Sequence record: AB218929.1
DNA from: a phage
Direction: 5' to 3' (one strand)
Length of the DNA stretch: 851 bases
The position numbers and the translations under genes are program-made. Numbering within the stretch: position 1 is the stretch's first letter; the number at the start of each line of letters is the position of its first letter. The notes under the pieces are model-generated. The model saw only the letters and a program-made list of their open reading frames with translations, had not been told where the DNA came from and did not search any database. Positions 1-851 of the stretch are shown here, one piece after another.

Positions 1-25
1 TTCGAGCTCGGTACCCGGGCGCGCC
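1..25. other. Cloning-vector polylinker (5' flank): tail of EcoRI site, SacI GAGCTC 4-9, KpnI GGTACC 10-15, SmaI/XmaI CCCGGG 14-19, AscI GGCGCGCC 18-25
   Basis: Seen in sequence: ttcgagctcggtacccggg matches the pUC-type MCS order EcoRI-SacI-KpnI-SmaI, followed by an added 8-bp AscI site. Overlapping, tightly packed restriction sites are characteristic of synthetic polylinkers. Confidence 0.9.
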
Positions 26-26
26 G

Positions 27-77
27 CTTCACTTAGCGAATGCATTAGCCTTAATCAACCAACGCCTGAAAAGGTAA
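27..77 (+). CDS. Probable 3' end of the maturation (A) protein gene, partial: last 16 codons (LHLANALALINQRLKR) and TAA stop at 75-77
   Basis: Frame 3 is open from the insert boundary to TAA at 75-77, 16 nt upstream of the coat start. In leviviruses the maturation gene ends shortly before the coat gene. No start codon is present because the fragment is 5'-truncated at the cloning junction. I cannot confirm the peptide from memory, so this is inference from gene order. Confidence 0.35.
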   Translation, partial: LHLANALALINQRLKR

Positions 78-81
78 ATAC

Positions 82-85
82 GGAG
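82..85 (+). promoter_or_regulatory. Shine-Dalgarno element (GGAG) for the coat gene, 8 nt upstream of ATG 94
   Basis: GGAG at 82-85 with suitable spacing to the ATG at 94-96. At the RNA level this is the coat ribosome-binding site. Confidence 0.6.
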
Positions 86-93
86 TTAGCCAT

Positions 94-486
94 ATGGCAA
101 CTTTACGCAGTTTCGTACTCGTCGATAATGGCGGTACGGGGAATGTTACTGTCGTTCCTGTTAGCAATGCCAACGGCGTCGCTGAGTGGCTTTCTAATAA
201 CTCGCGCAGTCAAGCTTATCGCGTGACTGCCAGTTATCGTGCGTCAGGCGCGGATAAGCGCAAATACACTATTAAGCTTGAAGTACCGAAAATCGTTACT
301 CAAGTCGTTAATGGTGTTGAGCTGCCCATCTCCGCATGGAAGGCTTACGCCTCTATTGACCTGACCATCCCGATCTTTGCTGCAACCGACGATGTGACTA
401 CTATTTCCAAGTCACTTGCCGGTTTGTTCAAAGTTGGGAACCCTATCGCGGATGCTATCTCTTCTCAGAGTGGCTTCTACGCGTAA
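94..486 (+). CDS. cp: Levivirus capsid (coat) protein, 130 aa, GA/BZ13-like (group II F-specific RNA coliphage); also the translational repressor of the replicase gene
   Basis: ORF from the track: MATLRSFVLVDNGGTGNVTVVPVSNANGVAEWLSNNSRSQAYRVTAS...GNPIADAISSQSGFYA. It aligns by eye along its full length with the MS2 coat protein as I recall it (FVLVDNGGTG, NGVAEW, SNSRSQAY, RKYTIK-EVPK, GVELP, LTIPIFA, GNPI conserved) and is near-identical to the GA coat protein as I recall it. Length about 130 aa, SD upstream, TAA stop at 484-486. Confidence 0.95.
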   Translation: MATLRSFVLVDNGGTGNVTVVPVSNANGVAEWLSNNSRSQAYRVTASYRASGADKRKYTIKLEVPKIVTQVVNGVELPISAWKAYASIDLTIPIFAATDDVTTISKSLAGLFKVGNPIADAISSQSGFYA

Positions 487-677
487 TGGGTCTGAAAGCA
501 AAACATAAGGAAAACCTATGTTCCGATTCACAGAGATCGAAAAGACTCTATGTATGGATCGCACTCGCGATTGTGCTGTCCGATTTCACGTCTATCTTCA
601 GTCATTGGATTTGGGGTCTTCTGATCCTCATTCTCCGGACTTTGATGGACTTGCCTACCTTCGTGATGAATGTTTAA
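486..677 (+). CDS. L: Levivirus lysis protein L, 63 aa, single-gene lysis protein with a basic N-terminus and a C-terminal transmembrane segment
   Basis: ORF from the track: MGLKAKHKENLCSDSQRSKRLYVWIALAIVLSDFTSIFSHWIWGLLILILRTLMDLPTFVMNV. Basic N-terminal part then a hydrophobic stretch. The segment LYVWIALAIVLSDF resembles MS2 L LYVLIFLAIFLSKF, including the conserved Leu-Ser dipeptide. ATG 486-488 overlaps the coat stop TAA 484-486 (TAATG). The gene lies in the +1 frame over the replicase start, as expected for levivirus L. Stop TAA at 675-677. Confidence 0.85.
   Translation: MGLKAKHKENLCSDSQRSKRLYVWIALAIVLSDFTSIFSHWIWGLLILILRTLMDLPTFVMNV
503..521 (+). promoter_or_regulatory. Coat-protein-binding translational operator hairpin (RNA level), GA-type: ACAUA-A-GG-AAAA-CC-UAUGU, containing the replicase start codon
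   Basis: Seen in sequence: acataaggaaaacctatgt folds as a 5-bp lower stem ACAUA/UAUGU, a bulged A (508), a 2-bp upper stem GG/CC and a 4-nt loop AAAA. This parallels the MS2 operator ACAUG-A-GG-AUUA-CC-CAUGU. The replicase AUG (518-520) sits in the 3' arm and the SD-like AAGGA (507-511) in the 5' arm. Confidence 0.85.
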
Positions 678-808
678 CTAAACATCCTTCGCTAGGGGAC
701 AGTAATTCGGACGCACGCCGTAAGGAACTGGCATATGCCAAACTTATGGATAGTGATCAAAGATGCAAAATCCAAAACAGTAACGGATACGACTACTCTC
801 ATATCGAG
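518..808 (+). CDS. rep: RNA-dependent RNA polymerase (replicase beta subunit), N-terminal fragment only, 97 native codons, 3'-truncated at the PacI cloning junction; frame stays open through the polylinker to 851
   Basis: My own translation of frame 2 from ATG 518: MFRFTEIEKTLCMDRTRDCAVRFHVYLQSLDLGSSDPHSPDFDGLAYLRDECLTKHPSLGDSNSDARRKELAYAKLMDSDQRCKIQNSNGYDYSHIE, then polylinker-encoded LIKSRVDCLNLQAC with no stop. The segment GSSDPHSPDFDGLAYLRDECLTKHPSLG matches MS2 replicase GSGDPHSDDFTAIAYLRDELLTKHPTLG as I recall it. The ORF is missing from the track, apparently because no stop codon is present. Confidence 0.85.
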
Positions 809-851
809 TTAATTAAGTCTAGAGTCGACTGTTTAAACCTGCAGGCATGCA
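809..851. other. Cloning-vector polylinker (3' flank): PacI TTAATTAA 809-816, XbaI TCTAGA 818-823, SalI GTCGAC 824-829, PmeI GTTTAAAC 831-838, SbfI/PstI CCTGCAGG 838-845, SphI GCATGC 845-850
   Basis: Seen in sequence: tctagagtcgac...ctgcaggcatgca is the pUC-type XbaI-SalI-PstI-SphI order, with the rare-cutter sites PacI and PmeI inserted. Confidence 0.9.

Noticed and set aside
91-96. NdeI site (CATATG) exactly at the coat start codon, suggestive of an engineered expression-cloning site
   Set aside because: A second CATATG occurs at 732-737 inside the replicase coding sequence, so NdeI is not unique in the insert. The site at the coat ATG is as likely native sequence as engineered and cannot be resolved without the reference phage sequence.
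2-226. Long open frame-2 stretch (about 75 codons, no stop until TGA 224-226) running from the polylinker into the coat gene in an alternative frame
   Set aside because: It has no start codon of its own before the insert and overlaps the confirmed coat ORF out of frame. It would only be translated if an upstream vector ORF (such as lacZ-alpha in pUC18 orientation, with which this frame would be continuous) reads into it, which cannot be verified from this window. Treated as a cloning by-product, not a gene.
212-279. Two HindIII sites (AAGCTT at 212-217 and 274-279) inside the coat gene
   Set aside because: Ordinary chance occurrences of a 6-bp site within coding sequence; no structural or regulatory significance is apparent.
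484-486. Possible coat-stop read-through extension (as the A1 protein of Qbeta-like phages)
   Set aside because: The coat stop is TAA followed immediately, in a different frame, by the lysis gene. The in-frame continuation is not a long open frame, and read-through A1 proteins are a feature of Qbeta-type phages, not MS2/GA-type leviviruses.
1-851. Possibility that the window encodes a novel or undescribed biological system (defense system, toxin-antitoxin, new mobile element)
   Set aside because: Every ORF and structured element is accounted for by well-characterised levivirus genes (maturation tail, coat, L, operator, replicase N-terminus) plus cloning-vector polylinker. No minus-strand ORFs are listed in the track and no repeats or unexplained sequence remain.

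Overview
This window is not native cellular DNA. It is a cloned cDNA cassette from an F-specific ssRNA coliphage (levivirus, GA/BZ13-like, MS2 relative) sitting between the two halves of a pUC-type polylinker (SacI-KpnI-SmaI-AscI at the 5' end; PacI-XbaI-SalI-PmeI-SbfI/PstI-SphI at the 3' end). The insert (about 26-808) carries the classic levivirus central region: a probable C-terminal tail of the maturation gene, the complete coat protein gene (94-486), the complete lysis (L) gene (486-677) starting in a TAATG overlap with the coat stop, the coat-protein-binding translational operator hairpin (503-521) enclosing the replicase start codon, and the first 97 codons of the replicase beta-subunit gene (518-808), which runs in frame into the polylinker. 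The supplied ORF track omits the replicase fragment, apparently because it has no stop codon in the window. No minus-strand ORFs are listed. I see no evidence of a previously undescribed system: every element is explained by known levivirus biology plus cloning-vector sequence. Family assignments rest on recalled MS2/GA sequences, not on a database search.
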